A DNA stretch of 41,829 nucleotides from Octopus bimaculoides (Eukaryota): NCBI RefSeq assembly GCF_001194135.2, contig NC_068983.1:104207416-104249244 (forward strand), in the 5' to 3' direction. Position numbers and translations under genes: made by a program. The notes beneath the pieces are model-generated. The model made no database searches and had not been told where the DNA came from. It saw only the letters and a list, made by a program, of their open reading frames with translations. Positions 1 to 11,610 of this stretch are shown here, in pieces; position 1 is the stretch's first letter, and each line of letters opens with the position of its first letter.

Positions 1-8
1 TATATATG

Positions 9-411
9 TAGGCACATGTGTGGCTGTGTGGTAAGAAGCTTGCTTCCTAACCACATGGTTCTGGGTTCAGTCCTACTGTGTAGCACCTTGCGCAAGTGTC
101 TTCTACTATAGCCTTGGCCCAACCAAAACCTTGTGTGTGGATTTGGTAGACGGGGACTGAAAGAAGTTCATCCTATATGTGTGTGTGTGTGTGTGTGTTT
201 GTATCTGTGTGTCTTTGTGACAGTTTGTCCCCTCCCATCCCCATTTGACAACTGCTGTTGGTGTGTTTACATCCCTGTAACTTAGCAGTTCAGCAAAAGA
301 GACCGATAGAATAAGTACTAGCCTTAAGAAATAAGTCCTGGGATCCACTTCAAGATGGTACACCCACATAGCCATAGTCAAATGACTGAAACAAGTAAAA
401 GAATAAAAGAA
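9..411 (+). mobile_element. tRNA-derived SINE, family A (head + microsatellite linker + tail)
   Basis: Head 'gtggctgtgtggtaagaagcttgcttcctaaccacatggttctgggttcagtcc' has A/B-box-like motifs. A (GT)n linker follows, then a tail ending 'gactgaaacaagtaaaagaataaaagaa'. The same modules recur many times in the window. Confidence 0.85.
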
Positions 412-537
412 CACATTACCTTACTTGCAAATAGAGTGTGTTGGTGACAAGAAGGACATCCAGCCATAGAAAATCTGCCTCAACAAATTCCATCCAAGCA
501 TTGCAAGCATGAAACAGTGGGTATTAAAACAATGATA
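412..537 (+). mobile_element. RTE-type 3' tail fragment
   Basis: 'gaaggacatccagccatagaaa...gcatgaaacagtgggtattaaaacaatgat' matches the tail at 4310-4450 and 41090-41205. Confidence 0.65.
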
Positions 538-839
538 TATATATGTATGTATATTATAGTAGGGTTGCAATTGCAATGGTTACTAATTGATGCAGTAGAA
601 ACAGGTGTAGGTCTATTTGAAGCTATATATATAAATATAAAAAGGAATTAAAGTTAATGCTATGCTACTTCATAATAATCACCATTATTATTAATGGTAT
701 GTATGTATGTATATTCTTTTATTCATTTATTTTTTACATTTTCCAGTCATTTGATTGCAGCCATGCTGAAGCACCACACATGAACACACATGAACCCTGA
801 ACCATGTAGTTGAGAAGTGAACTTCTTACCACACAGCCA

Positions 840-963
<124 letters not shown>

Positions 964-1220
964 TCAACTCCAGGACTTATTGCTTGTGAGCCTAGTCTCT
1001 TTTGCCAAACCGCTATGTTATGGGGGCATAAACACAACAGCATCGGTTGTCAAGTGATGGCAGGGGAACAAACACACACACACACACACNNNNNNNNNNN
1101 NNNNNNNNNNNNNNNNNNNNNNNNNNNNNNNNNNNNNNNNNNNNNNNNNNNNNNNNNNNNNNNNNNNNNNNNNNNNNNNNNNNNNNNNNNNNNNNNNNNN
1201 NNNNNNNNNNNNNNNNNNNN

Positions 1221-1306
<86 letters not shown>

Positions 1307-1462
1307 TCAACTCCAGGACTTATTGCTTGTGAGCCTAGTCTCTTTTGCCAAACCGCTATGTTATGGGGGCATAAACACAACAGCATCGGTTGTCAAGTGA
1401 TGGCAGGGGAACAAACACACACACACACACACATAAATATATATATATATATATAATTATAA

Positions 1463-1956
1463 AGGGTAAAATTAATAAATTAATAATTAATAATTTTACC
1501 AAATAGTTTGGTACGTTAAAATAACCTTTTTAGGTAAAATTATACAAATATTCTATAATTATAAGCATAATTATAATCAGGGGTCAGCTAATTGCTTCAC
1601 CACGCACCAAATTTAGAAATAGGAGTTAAAATGCCTTTTCTGCTACTATAAAGATCTCCCAGCCAACAATATACTTTTTTACGTAGGCAAAAAGAAAAAT
1701 AACGAATCCACATGACTCAGATTAGCTATGTACGTGTTTCGGGATTAAAGTAAAGTAATATTTACTTACCTATTTCACCTCTTCAGTGCAGCATTTCAAG
1801 ATATAAAGTGTTAGAATTAAATATGTACGCGATCAAGCATAATCACATAACTAATATTCAACCAACACTTTCAAAAATATACAGCCAAATATGAACGCAT
1901 ATTCATCCTTAATTAGCTGACCCCTGATTATAATTATGTTTATAATTATAGAATAT
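1463..1956. mobile_element. Inverted-repeat (fold-back) element, possibly a Penelope-like pLTR remnant
   Basis: Arms 1548-1593 and 1911-1956 match 45/46 in inverted orientation. The left side extends beyond the arm and carries a small hairpin at 1464-1500. A hammerhead-like CTGAAGA...GAAAC motif lies on the minus strand at 1786-1736. Confidence 0.6.
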
Positions 1957-2148
1957 ATATATAAATATACAACAAGCTTCTTTCAGTTTCCGTCTACCAA
2001 ATCCACTCACAAGGCTTTGGTTGGTCCAGGGCTATAGTAGAAGACATTTGCCCATGGTGCCATGCAGTGGGACTGAACCCTGAACCATGTAGTTGAGAAG
2101 TGAACTTCTTACCACACAGCCACGCCTATATATATATANNNNNNNNNN

Positions 2149-2555
2149 AGCTGGTTATCGATGCAATCTATAGCCAATATATATTGCAAGCAAGGGAGCA
2201 AACTACTAGCATCTTCTAGCATGGAGAAGACCACCAGACCGTTCAGTTTTTTTGCTTGTTGCAAAATCAGTGACTAGTTGTCACTTATTTTTCTATATAT
2301 TGTGAGCTGGAGCGAGCTACTGCTGTGTCTAGCAGATGGGTGTCCACTACTGAGGATGAGCACAAATAGCTTGAAACCGGTTGGTCTGGTGGTCCCGTCA
2401 TCTGCTAAAAGATGGTAGGGGTTTGTTCCCTTGCTTGCAATATATATCAGATGCAGATTCCATTGATAACCAGCTGGAGGAAGCATCCTCCTGGTGTTAA
2501 AAACAGTAGTAATGTTGGTTCCTATGGAACAGCCATGTTGAAGTGGCAATAAACA
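2149..2555 (+). mobile_element. Non-coding hammerhead-bearing element with ~100-bp inverted arms (Penelope pLTR/retrozyme-like)
   Basis: Arms 2149-2250 and 2374-2475 are inverted, roughly 80% identical by eye. It has an internal hammerhead core and AATAAA at 2548-2553. Confidence 0.6.
2331..2406 (+). ncRNA. Type I hammerhead ribozyme (slightly degenerate)
   Basis: Core CTGAGGA 2350-2356; stem II GAGC/GCTT with loop ACAAATA; GAAA 2373-2376; stem III ACC-GGTT-GGT; cleavage triplet GTC 2384-2386; stem I CCACTA/TGGTGG extended by AGCAGATG/CATCTGCT. Confidence 0.7.
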
Positions 2556-2558
2556 TTA

Positions 2559-2617
2559 GTTTGTCTGTCCTTGTTTGTCCCCTCTGTGTGTAGCCCCTTG
2601 TGGGTAGTAAAGAAATA

Positions 2618-2675
<58 letters not shown>

Positions 2676-2734
2676 TATTTCTTTACTACCCACAAGGGGC
2701 TACACACAGAGGGGACAAACAAGGACAGACAAAC
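2559..2734. repeat. Near-perfect palindrome: 60/60-bp arms around (CA)9(TA)13(TG)6
   Basis: 2559-2618 is the exact reverse complement of 2675-2734. Confidence 0.95.
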
Positions 2735-2892
2735 GGATTAAGTTGATTATATCGACCCCAGTACGTAACTGGTACTTATTTAATCGACCCCAAAAGGATG
2801 AAAGGCAAATTTGAACTCGGAACGTAGCAGCAGATGAAATACCGCTAAGCATTTCACCCACCGTGCTAACGTTTCTGCCAGCTCGCCGCCTT
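2675..2892 (-). mobile_element. tRNA-derived SINE, family B
   Basis: Minus strand reads 'aaggcggcgagctggcagaaacgttagcacgg...gagttcaaatttgcctttcatccttttggggtcgattaaataagtaccag'. The central block resembles my recollection of the Meta/Sauria-type domain. Confidence 0.85.
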
Positions 2893-3809
2893 TGTCCCAT
2901 GTCTTCCTGGATCTACCCCTTCCACAGGTACCCTCCTCATATGTATGTATGTGTGTATGTATGTATTCCTTCCAATTTCTCAGTAAAAAGCAGTGACATA
3001 TACATGTATCAAAAAATGAGGGTGATACTAATATATTTAATAGTTATCCTCCTGTTTACTCTATTGCTATTTGATTGTAATTGTACAAGACTATTTAACC
3101 AGAATGTTGATTACTGATGAAGTTACCATCAATAGCTTACTGTATTTCATGGGTGCACCAAGCATGGTGGTTCAAAAGCATTCAAGTTCTGCCACCATCC
3201 CACATTAGCTTAATGAATACCGAAAGTTTTGCTTAGTGCACATAGACTGAGTTATGATGCAAGCTAGTTCGCAGTTTTATCATTTTATTTCATTCTCAAA
3301 TCTCTGTTCTCTCCTAATATAAATTATCTTTGATATTTAATATCACTATGTACCAGATGAAAGTGTCAGGTTTGTAATATACAAACTAAATTTAAATCCT
3401 AGTTAAAACTAAATTTAATCTTGTGATTTTATTTCTAAATTTTCAATAAAGTTGTGTGCACATTATTCTAACCCTTCTATAATTAACAGTGTATACTTTA
3501 CTGATTTTTATATCTGAGTGGTGTAATTCAGTGGTGCTAATCCTTTTCAGCATGCTCATTAAGACATAAACTACTCACATTATTTAGTTCAGATTTCCAA
3601 GTGATACAAAAGTCTTATACTAGTTTGTTTGATTTACAAAGCTATCTGCTTTAAGTACTTTTTGTAGACAGAGTAATGATGAGGTACTTGTCCTCTAATG
3701 AGTGGTCAATGAACCATGAAACATGTCAGGCACTCTCCTCTATTTTTGTGTGTTCAAAGAGAATAACAAACTGTACATTCTCTCATACATGCACACAGAC
3801 ATTGTTCAT

Positions 3810-4452
3810 CCAGTGGATGGGACATTACCCATCTTGCAGATGGGTAATGTCAGAGTGCATGCATGAACGGGTGTAAATGATTTAAGAGGAAACTGGGTAT
3901 AAGAGCCATTAGATGTTGTGTGCAGGGGAGAAGACTGCACTGGTTTGGTCATGTGATGCATGAAGGCAGCTGCATAAAGAAGTGCCAAGCTTTAATTGTG
4001 AAGGGTACCTGTGGAAGGAGTAGATCCAGGAAGATTTGGGACAAAGTGATGAGAAAGGATCTTCAGATACTGGGCCTCACTGAAGAAATTGACAAGGGAC
4101 CAGATGTGATTTGCTGTACTCGATAAGATGCATCAAGCTAAGCAAAATCACTGTCTTGCACACATATAGGTTTGTCCTTTCAGGTCCCGGTGCCACATAA
4201 AAACCATCCATGCTAGTGCTGCATTAACACACCCATGCTGGTGCAGCATAAATGCACCCATGCTGGTGACACGTAAAAAGCACCCAGCACACTCTGCCAA
4301 GTTGTTGGTATTAGGAAGGGCATGCAGCCATAGAAACCATGCAACAATAGACAGTTGGAGGCTGGACAACTCCCTCCTAGCCAGCTCCATGTAAAACCGT
4401 CCAACCCATGCCAGCATGGAAAGCGGGTGTTAAACAATGATGATGATAACAA
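3810..4452 (+). mobile_element. 5'-truncated RTE-clade LINE (ORF C-terminus + 3' UTR + (GAT)n tail)
   Basis: ORF 3920-4126 RRLHWFGHV...GTCGRSRSRKIWDKV..KDL matches the RTE C-terminal motif RRLRWFGHV..G.R.RGRP.K.W. The element ends 'gcatggaaagcgggtgttaaacaatgatgatgat'. Confidence 0.85.
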
Positions 4453-5613
4453 TAATGATTTATATCTGTATCATGTTTCATAGCAAAAGACTTAAAAACT
4501 ATACATAAACTACTTTAAAATTGTTTTAGATTTTCTTACACTTGTTACATTTACTTTACAATACTTATACAAGTGATAATCTCTTGTGTCTAAGAAGGAT
4601 GTCCATTTATCAAATGCTGCTCAGTGAAAAAATGAATTAACATTACAAGCAGTTCATAGTCAGAATCGAAACTTTGCTCTAGCAAAGATACATCCTGAGG
4701 AAAGTGAACTCTGGTCTGGAGCAGAACCAGGTGGGTTTGGTATCAATTCCTGATAGTTAGAAGAACTGAATCAATATAGAGAAAAACATTCTGCTCTGAA
4801 GCATTAGGAAATGTCATCAGTAAATTTGAATTCATGATTCACGAGTAGGTGGTCTAATGCTTTGAACATTTGACTGTAATATATCTATCACTATATTTAC
4901 TTATACTCAAGTCGAGTCAAAAGGGGAACCTTTATGCAGTTGGTTTACTTGTTCGGCAGGCAAATCTCTCTTCAGATTACATGTTATCATCTTGAAAAGA
5001 GGGTAAATTTTGATCTTTTCACTAAGCTAAAAGAAACTAGTTTTTTTTTGCATGGAATCAAGTACCCTGACTTCCTAATATGCTGCAAACCCCTTATGCT
5101 TGTTCAGAAAAAACCCAATTTTTTCTTTTTTTCTTAGTGAAAATAGTGAAAATAGTGTGGGTGAAAGAATCAAATAATACCAAAAAGAAAAGGGGGAAAT
5201 GGTTAATGTAGTCCTGGATGTGCAATGCTGAAGGAAATAATGGAATAGTGAGAGCTGACAAAGGGATAAACAATAACACTAGCAACTTATATAATAATAG
5301 CCACCAACTCTATGCCTACAATAAATAGTTATACAACAACTAATACTACATAGTTACTTATTCTATACATATACTCTATAGTTAGCCTAGTTATTGAGCA
5401 TACATTTTTAAATATGTGATTTCAGTAGTAAGTTTGCATGACAAAAGTACAGCATTAGTTAAATTCTTCATACAGTTCATTTCTGATTCTAGAATTCCAC
5501 TGTATAATATTTTTTTCCTGTTCTGTTCTGTAGTTAGTGATGATGAAATTCTAAAAATCTACATCCATGTCATTGTACTTCAATACACAACTGTTAATAA
5601 CTGTAGGGTTAAT

Positions 5614-5829
5614 ATTCTTTTCTATTCTAGGCACAAGGCCCGAAATTTTGGGAGAGGAGCTAGTCAATTAGATCTACCCCAGTACACAACTGGTACTTAA
5701 TTTATCAACCCCGAAAGGATGAAAGGCAAAGTCAACCTCGGTTGAATTTGAACTCAGAACGGAAAGACAGACGAAATACTGCTAAGCATATCGCCCAGTG
5801 TGCTAATGTCTCTGCCAGCTCACCACCTT
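5614..5829 (-). mobile_element. Family B SINE
   Basis: High similarity to 2750-2892 and 25200-25410. Confidence 0.9.
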
Positions 5830-5959
5830 CTGTAGTATTAATATTGCATGCATTCTAGTTAACTTTATCGCAATTGATTTCACACACATGTAGTAGTATA
5901 GCTGGATTCAGGGGTAATCTGCTCCAGGTGACGCTTTTGTTGGGGCAACACATTTGGGT

Positions 5960-6249
5960 TTGCAGTAAAAGCCTATAGAGGAGGTGGTGGCGGGTAAAAA
6001 TGCTTTCTTCTCTAGTCATACCAACTGATAAGGGCTGGTTTCCCAGTTTCCATGGTGTATACATTCCTAACCTGGATGGGACGCCAGTCCATTGCAGAAT
6101 TACTCATTTTTGCCAGCTGAGTGAACTGGAGCAACATCAAATGAAGTGTTTTGCTCAAGAACAAAATCGTGTTGCCCAGAGCAGGAATCGAAATCACAAT
6201 CTTATGATCATGAGTCCAAAACACTAACCACTAAGCCATGCACCTCCAC
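5960..6249 (-). mobile_element. tRNA-derived SINE with CORE/V-like central domain (family C)
   Basis: Minus strand: head 'gtggaggtgcatggcttagtggttagtg...ttcgattcc', then central 'ttgagcaaaacacttcatttgatgttgctccagttcactcagctggcaaaaatgagta'. Confidence 0.8.
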
Positions 6250-7363
6250 ATGGTGGTGGTGGGGGCATAAACTCAAGGGCTTTCGGTTGAAGAACAAATG
6301 GTCTCATGTTAGAAGATTGGACATGCCTTTATTTTCATAATTAATTTTTCAAAAAATGGTATTTGAGAAAAAGGAATCTTCAACAGTTGGAAATCCCAAG
6401 GAGAGGAGAGAGACAAGAAGTATATAAAATGAAATTGCTGAAGCAGAGATTGAGTCTGCTTTGCAGAATTGCCTTACTGAGAGCTTATCACAGCTCTATG
6501 GCACTCACATAACTTCAATGAACAGCACTGAGTAAAACGATGTATTTATTTCCATCAAAGCAAAATGTCATCTTTTCTTGTTGCATTTTTTTTTTCTTTC
6601 CTTGATGTTTAATATACGTCAGCACCCAAAGAAATGCTTTACTGGTTCCTATATGGAAATGAAAAGCTGTAAACTCTGAAAAAAAATGCTTCTCATGTAT
6701 AAATTTCAACACAATATGATGGGTTGGCAGTACTCCAATTCCAGGAAATGACTCCCAAAAGACCTTTGAAAATCTAAGCCATATTATATATATTAACAGT
6801 AAATATGCAACGCATTATTTTGTTCATAGTAACTTACAGATAGATCAAGTGACAAAGATTAAGATGAGAATCTATAGTTTAAGAACCATAGAAGAATAAA
6901 ACTTTAAGAATTCGTGGTTCACATAGACATGCCAGCTCAGGTTTAAGTAGCAAAAAAGGAGTAGGGTGAGGAGTGAAATTCTGTGAAGTTCATATCTCTA
7001 TCTAAAGAATTAGTGATGTAGGCAGACTGAAATATCTCCAATTACGAATTGAAACTGGTTCACAAATTCAACTCACTAAAAGTTTACATTTACTCTATGC
7101 CACTTATCTAGAATTTCAAGAATTGTAATGAAATATTTTTCTCGGTCAAATACAGATGAAAAAAAACTATCAATTTTCCTTATGTATCATGCTTTATTTA
7201 ATTAAAAGACTTTTTCCTAAAAATCATTTGACTTAGGCTATTAACAAGTCTATCCATCCATCCATATATGCATGCATGTGGCAACCTATATATATTACTT
7301 AAATAAATGGGGTAGCATGAAACGTGTGTACTGCAATCATCTTTGAAATCCGTGTTGCTTATT

Positions 7364-7411
<48 letters not shown>

Positions 7412-7849
7412 CTTGTACTATCTTCCTATTAGTCTATCTTAACTTTTTATAGGTGAATTACCTTATCTATATATCCATCAATCTCTCTTCTTCTTCTTCT
7501 TCTCCTCCCCCCCCTCCTCCTCTTCCACAGCCTCCTTCTCATCCTCTTTCTCTTATTCTCCACCACCACCACCACCACCTTCTTCTCCTCTTCCTATTAT
7601 TATTATTGTTACTATTATTATTGAGTGAAAAAGCAGCACATGCCATCAAAGTAACGCTGGGGTACAAATATACAAAGCCCAATAAACCCATCATGACTGC
7701 ACATCTGATAAGGGTACACCAGACATGCATCACAACAATATATATATGTGATTTCATATCAAGATAAACAGTGCATGACCTTGCAGGTGAGGCCGAGTTA
7801 GAATCTTCTTCAGGTCTTTATGAAGCATGGTGCAGTCTTTTGTTATATT

Positions 7850-8160
7850 AGTGTTTGTATTTTGTGTTGTGTGTGTAATGCAGTGGGTATCTAGCCTGCT
7901 GGTATTAGTTCATTTCATTTGATATTTCCTGTATAGAAAGTGTCCTGTGTATGTGAATTGTTTTGTTTAGGTTGTATTATTGAATTGATAGTGTCTTGCA
8001 TAGAATGTGGGCTGTTCCTAGAAGGGCTATTTTATGGATGGTGTGTAGTCATGAGGATTCCGGTATAACTTCTACATTTTTGTTCAAATGTTTTTTATCG
8101 TGCTCAATGCCCCAATTATTACTGGTTTTGTAATACCTTCATGCCCACATCTTGTTATTT
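7850..8160 (-). mobile_element. 3' fragment of an R4/Dong-like (restriction-like endonuclease) LINE
   Basis: Minus-strand translation gives ...TRMW.MK...PVIIGALSTIKK...HKIALLGTAHILCKTLS, matching the RLE-LINE C-terminus (PI..GALG...QK.ALLGTA.ILR). Confidence 0.75.
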
Positions 8161-8319
8161 ATTATTATTATTATTATTATTAAGATGGTTTATATTCCAT
8201 CAATGGTGCTATACTATGAATTCAACATAGACACTCAACTATCATTTGTGTAGTCCACATAGCTACAAACCAAACCTGGGCACCAAACCATTAATCTGTT
8301 AATCCAGAGACCTGGGGAG

Positions 8320-9390
8320 AAGATTTTGGAAAATCCACATGATCTGGGTTTTTTTCCCCTCACAACTTTCGGGAAAATGGATATTTTTTAATGAAATTTC
8401 ACAGAAACACCTTTCAAACAGCATAGATTACAATTATAAAGAAATTTGTGGGGAAAATGTTTTCCGAAAGGGTGGAGAGAGGACTCTCAGAAAGTTCACA
8501 TGATCCGTTTTTTTCCCTCATAACTTTCGGAATCGTTTAGCACCTGGTCACCAAAACGAAAAAAAAACAGTGTACTAGGTGTAAAAAAGGTATAGAAAAC
8601 GAATAGGTAAACAAAAATTTGCGAAAACGAACGGTGGGGGGGGGACTTTCGGAAAATTCATACAATCCAATTTTTTCCCCCATAACTTTCAGGAAAATGC
8701 ATAATGAAATTTTACAGAAACACTTCTCAAACTGCACAGATTACGATTNNNNNNNNNNNNNNNNNNNNNNNNNNNNNNNNNNNNNNNNNNNNNNNNNNNN
8801 NNNNNNNNNNNNNNNNNNNNNNNNNNNNNNNNNNNNNNNNNNNNNNNNNNNNNNNNNNNNNNNNNNNNNNNNNNNNNNNNNNNNNNNNNNNNNNNNNNNN
8901 NNNNNNNNNNNNNNNNNNNNNNNNNNNNNNNNNNNNNNNNNNNNNNNNNNNNNNNNNNNNNNNNNNNNNNNNNNNNNNNNNNNNNNNNNNNNNNNNNNNN
9001 NNNNNNNNNNNNNNNNNNNNNNNNNNNNNNNNNNNNNNNNNNNNNNNNNNNNNNNNNNNNNNNNNNNNNNNNNNNNNNNNNNNNNNNNNNNNNNCGGACA
9101 GTGTGAACTTTCCGATAGTCCTCTCTCCACTCCTTCGGAAAAACATTTTCCCCACAAATTTCTTTATAATCGTAATCTCTGCTGCTTGGAAGATATTTCT
9201 GGGAAATTTCATTAAAAGATATCCATTTTCCTTAAAGTTATGAGGGAAAAATCGGATCTTGTGAATTTTCCGAAAGTCCCTCCTACCGTTCGTTCGCGAA
9301 AATTTTATTTTCATATTCGTTTTCTACATATCTTTTTACACGTAGTAGGCTGTCTTTTTTTTATGTTTTTGTTAACGGGTCTTAAATTGT
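8320..9390. mobile_element. Fold-back-like element with modular inverted arms built from ~160-180-bp subrepeats, spanning a 346-N gap
   Basis: The subrepeat 'ggactttcggaaaattcac...cataactttc...aatgaaatttc.cagaaa...gattacgattataaagaaatttgtggggaaaatg' occurs on + at ~8322, 8480 (partial) and 8642, and inverted at 9095-9280. The spacer block 8545-8640 is mirrored at 9280-9370. Confidence 0.75.
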
Positions 9391-9925
9391 ATGTTGAGCA
9401 GTTGCGATCACAGAATTTGACTTGCCCTCTTGGTAAAGGCACACAATCCTTTGTTTTTCATCACAGGACACCGGCTGTCTCTCACAAGCCGCCATGTTGA
9501 CAGTTGAATGTTCCTAGAAGTAACTGTTAGCCAATTAACAATTTCCTAGACTACAAATACCTCTGTTAGTAGTTCATTTTTTTTTCTAAGTGACCCTTAA
9601 CTTTCGGCTGCTGCAATTTGGAAGATTGTTTATTTCCTCATAACTTACGAAGTATTTATTCCATTCACTTCGAATTTTCACGAAAGATAGATATTTGATA
9701 TATGTAAATATGTGTAAAATATCTAGTCTCAACATGCTGTCAATCTTCTATAATAACTATTTCAATACACTTGTTCTTAGTGACCCTTATGTTATGGCCG
9801 CTATTGTATATATATTGTTTTTCATTTTTTTTTTTAATTTTTTTACGACCACTTTATCAATAAACTTTTTTAGTTTAATATTAATATTGTTTCATTTGAG
9901 CTTCTTTTTCTTAAACTCTTTTCTT

Positions 9926-10148
9926 GCTCTAAAAGCCTTTAAAAACCTAAATAAGGGCCAAAACTACGAAATCAGCCTTTTTTAGGTCTTTAAAAGTTAA
10001 AACTATATAATCAGCATTTTTTAACTCTAAAGCAAAAAAAAAAGAAAGAAACTAACGTTTTTGGGTTCTAAAGCCCTTCAACAAGCCCAAAAAGGCTGAT
10101 TTTATAGTTTTGGCACTTTTTAAAGGTGTTTTTAAATGGTTTTAAAGC
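9926..10148. repeat. Imperfect inverted repeat (~57-bp arms)
   Basis: 9926-9982 pairs with the reverse complement of 10089-10148, sharing the core 'gccaaaacta..aaatcagccttttt'. Confidence 0.75.
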
Positions 10149-10182
10149 AAAAATGGATTTTTTTTCTATAGTAAAACTTTGT

Positions 10183-10314
10183 GTTAACGGTTTATCGATA
10201 ACTTCCATTACATTTTAAAAGAATTAACTGATTAACAGTTATCGAAGTTAACATTTTAGTTAACGGATTAACAATTAATGAAGTTGACTTTTCAATTAAC
10301 AGTGCCCACCTCTG
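10183..10314 (-). mobile_element. Single terminus of a hAT-like DNA transposon with subterminal GTTAAC-type motifs
   Basis: Minus strand starts CAGAGGTGGGCAC, followed by repeated gttaat/gttaac motifs. No partner end was found. Confidence 0.45.
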
Positions 10315-10479
10315 CTACAAACAAGTGACACGAGGCACCACAGCTCACTTTTACAGCAAATTACAAGTTCTATAGAATTAATCCTTCCATAGGCCACTGC
10401 AGAATAGATGAATATTGGAATATCTCTGTCAAAGCAATAAGTTTATGGTGCTTAGTTGTTGTTTTTTTTTATTTATTTT

Positions 10480-11597
10480 GTAAGTGTGTTCACAGGTGGT
10501 AAAGATATTGAATTCGAAAAGGAAGGAGGATAATCTTGTGAGTTTCTACCAAATCAGCCGTTAGATGTTGAAACTTCGGGATGTCAATACCCAGAGAAGC
10601 AAGACATTCAAGATATGTTAAGTGACAGATGGTGGGTATTCATCAGATTTCTTTTCTCTAGACAGCTTCCAGTAGATCAATATCCTGAACAAGTTGGAAG
10701 TTTCCTGACTGGTGATGCAAACTGTGACTGCACCACAGCCATATATAGCTTTAAATAGATAGTCAGTGAATGATTGACAAAGGTCTCATTGAGTAACACT
10801 AAGGCAATTTTAGAAATATGGTCTGTCCAATGCTGATCATTGTTTACAATAATGCCTATGTCGTGTTGATATTGTGAAAGGAGTAGGTAAATTCCAGATC
10901 CCCACCTCCACAAAATGCATAGTAATGCACTTGTCTACAGCCAGCTTGAGTTCCTAACTGGTAACCCATTGCTGCATTATGCTCAAGTTTTGTTGCAAGA
11001 AAGATTTATAGTGTTTAGGATCTGTTCTTTTCATCTAAAGGTACAGCTTCACATTGTCTGCATGTTTTAACACTAACACATTTTCAGGTTGGCATTCATT
11101 TCATTATGTAACAAACAATGACAGACCAAGAATAAATCCCAGCAGAATTCCAGATGTCATGGCACAGAGTGCAGAATGTTTCCAGCACTATGACAACTTC
11201 TTACCCAACCAAGAATGAAGGACTTCAGCCAGATACAAAGACTAGCTCTTGCAGAGAGTCACTTGCATAGCACAGAATTAAAGGTTTTGGTGAAGTTGAG
11301 ATAGTTAGCATCCACCCTTGAGTTACCATCTGTGATTCAAGTGATGTCATCAAGAAATTCAATGAATTGGCCAAAGCAGTTGGAATTAGAGATAAATTCA
11401 AATTGTGAGGGTTCAATGTGGTTGTTAGAATTCCAGAAGTTCTAGAGTGTCTTTCTTACACAGGACTCCATCAATTAGGAGATACTTCTAATGAGACTGA
11501 CTGGTCGATAAATAATGGATGATATTTAATAGATGATGTATGATTGCCCACTTTGAAAAAGGAATGAATTATATTGCTTTCTTTTTACCATCCCTGT
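10480..11597 (-). pseudogene. Fossil CR1/L2-type LINE reverse transcriptase
   Basis: Minus-strand motifs, with stops and frameshifts: IYRPVSL (NYRPISL); QFIEFLDDIT..VDANYLNFTKTFNSV (VD.IYLDF.KAFDSV); TSGILLGFILGLSLF (SGVPQGS.LGP.LF); KHADNVKLY (YADD). Confidence 0.75.
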
Positions 11598-11610
11598 TTC
11601 TTAGGCAGGT

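Noticed and set aside
4683-4730. Possible 48-nt + strand exon (AG...GTGGGT; KIHPEESELWSGAEP)
   Set aside because: Too short, modest splice sites and no recognisable homology; this is expected by chance.
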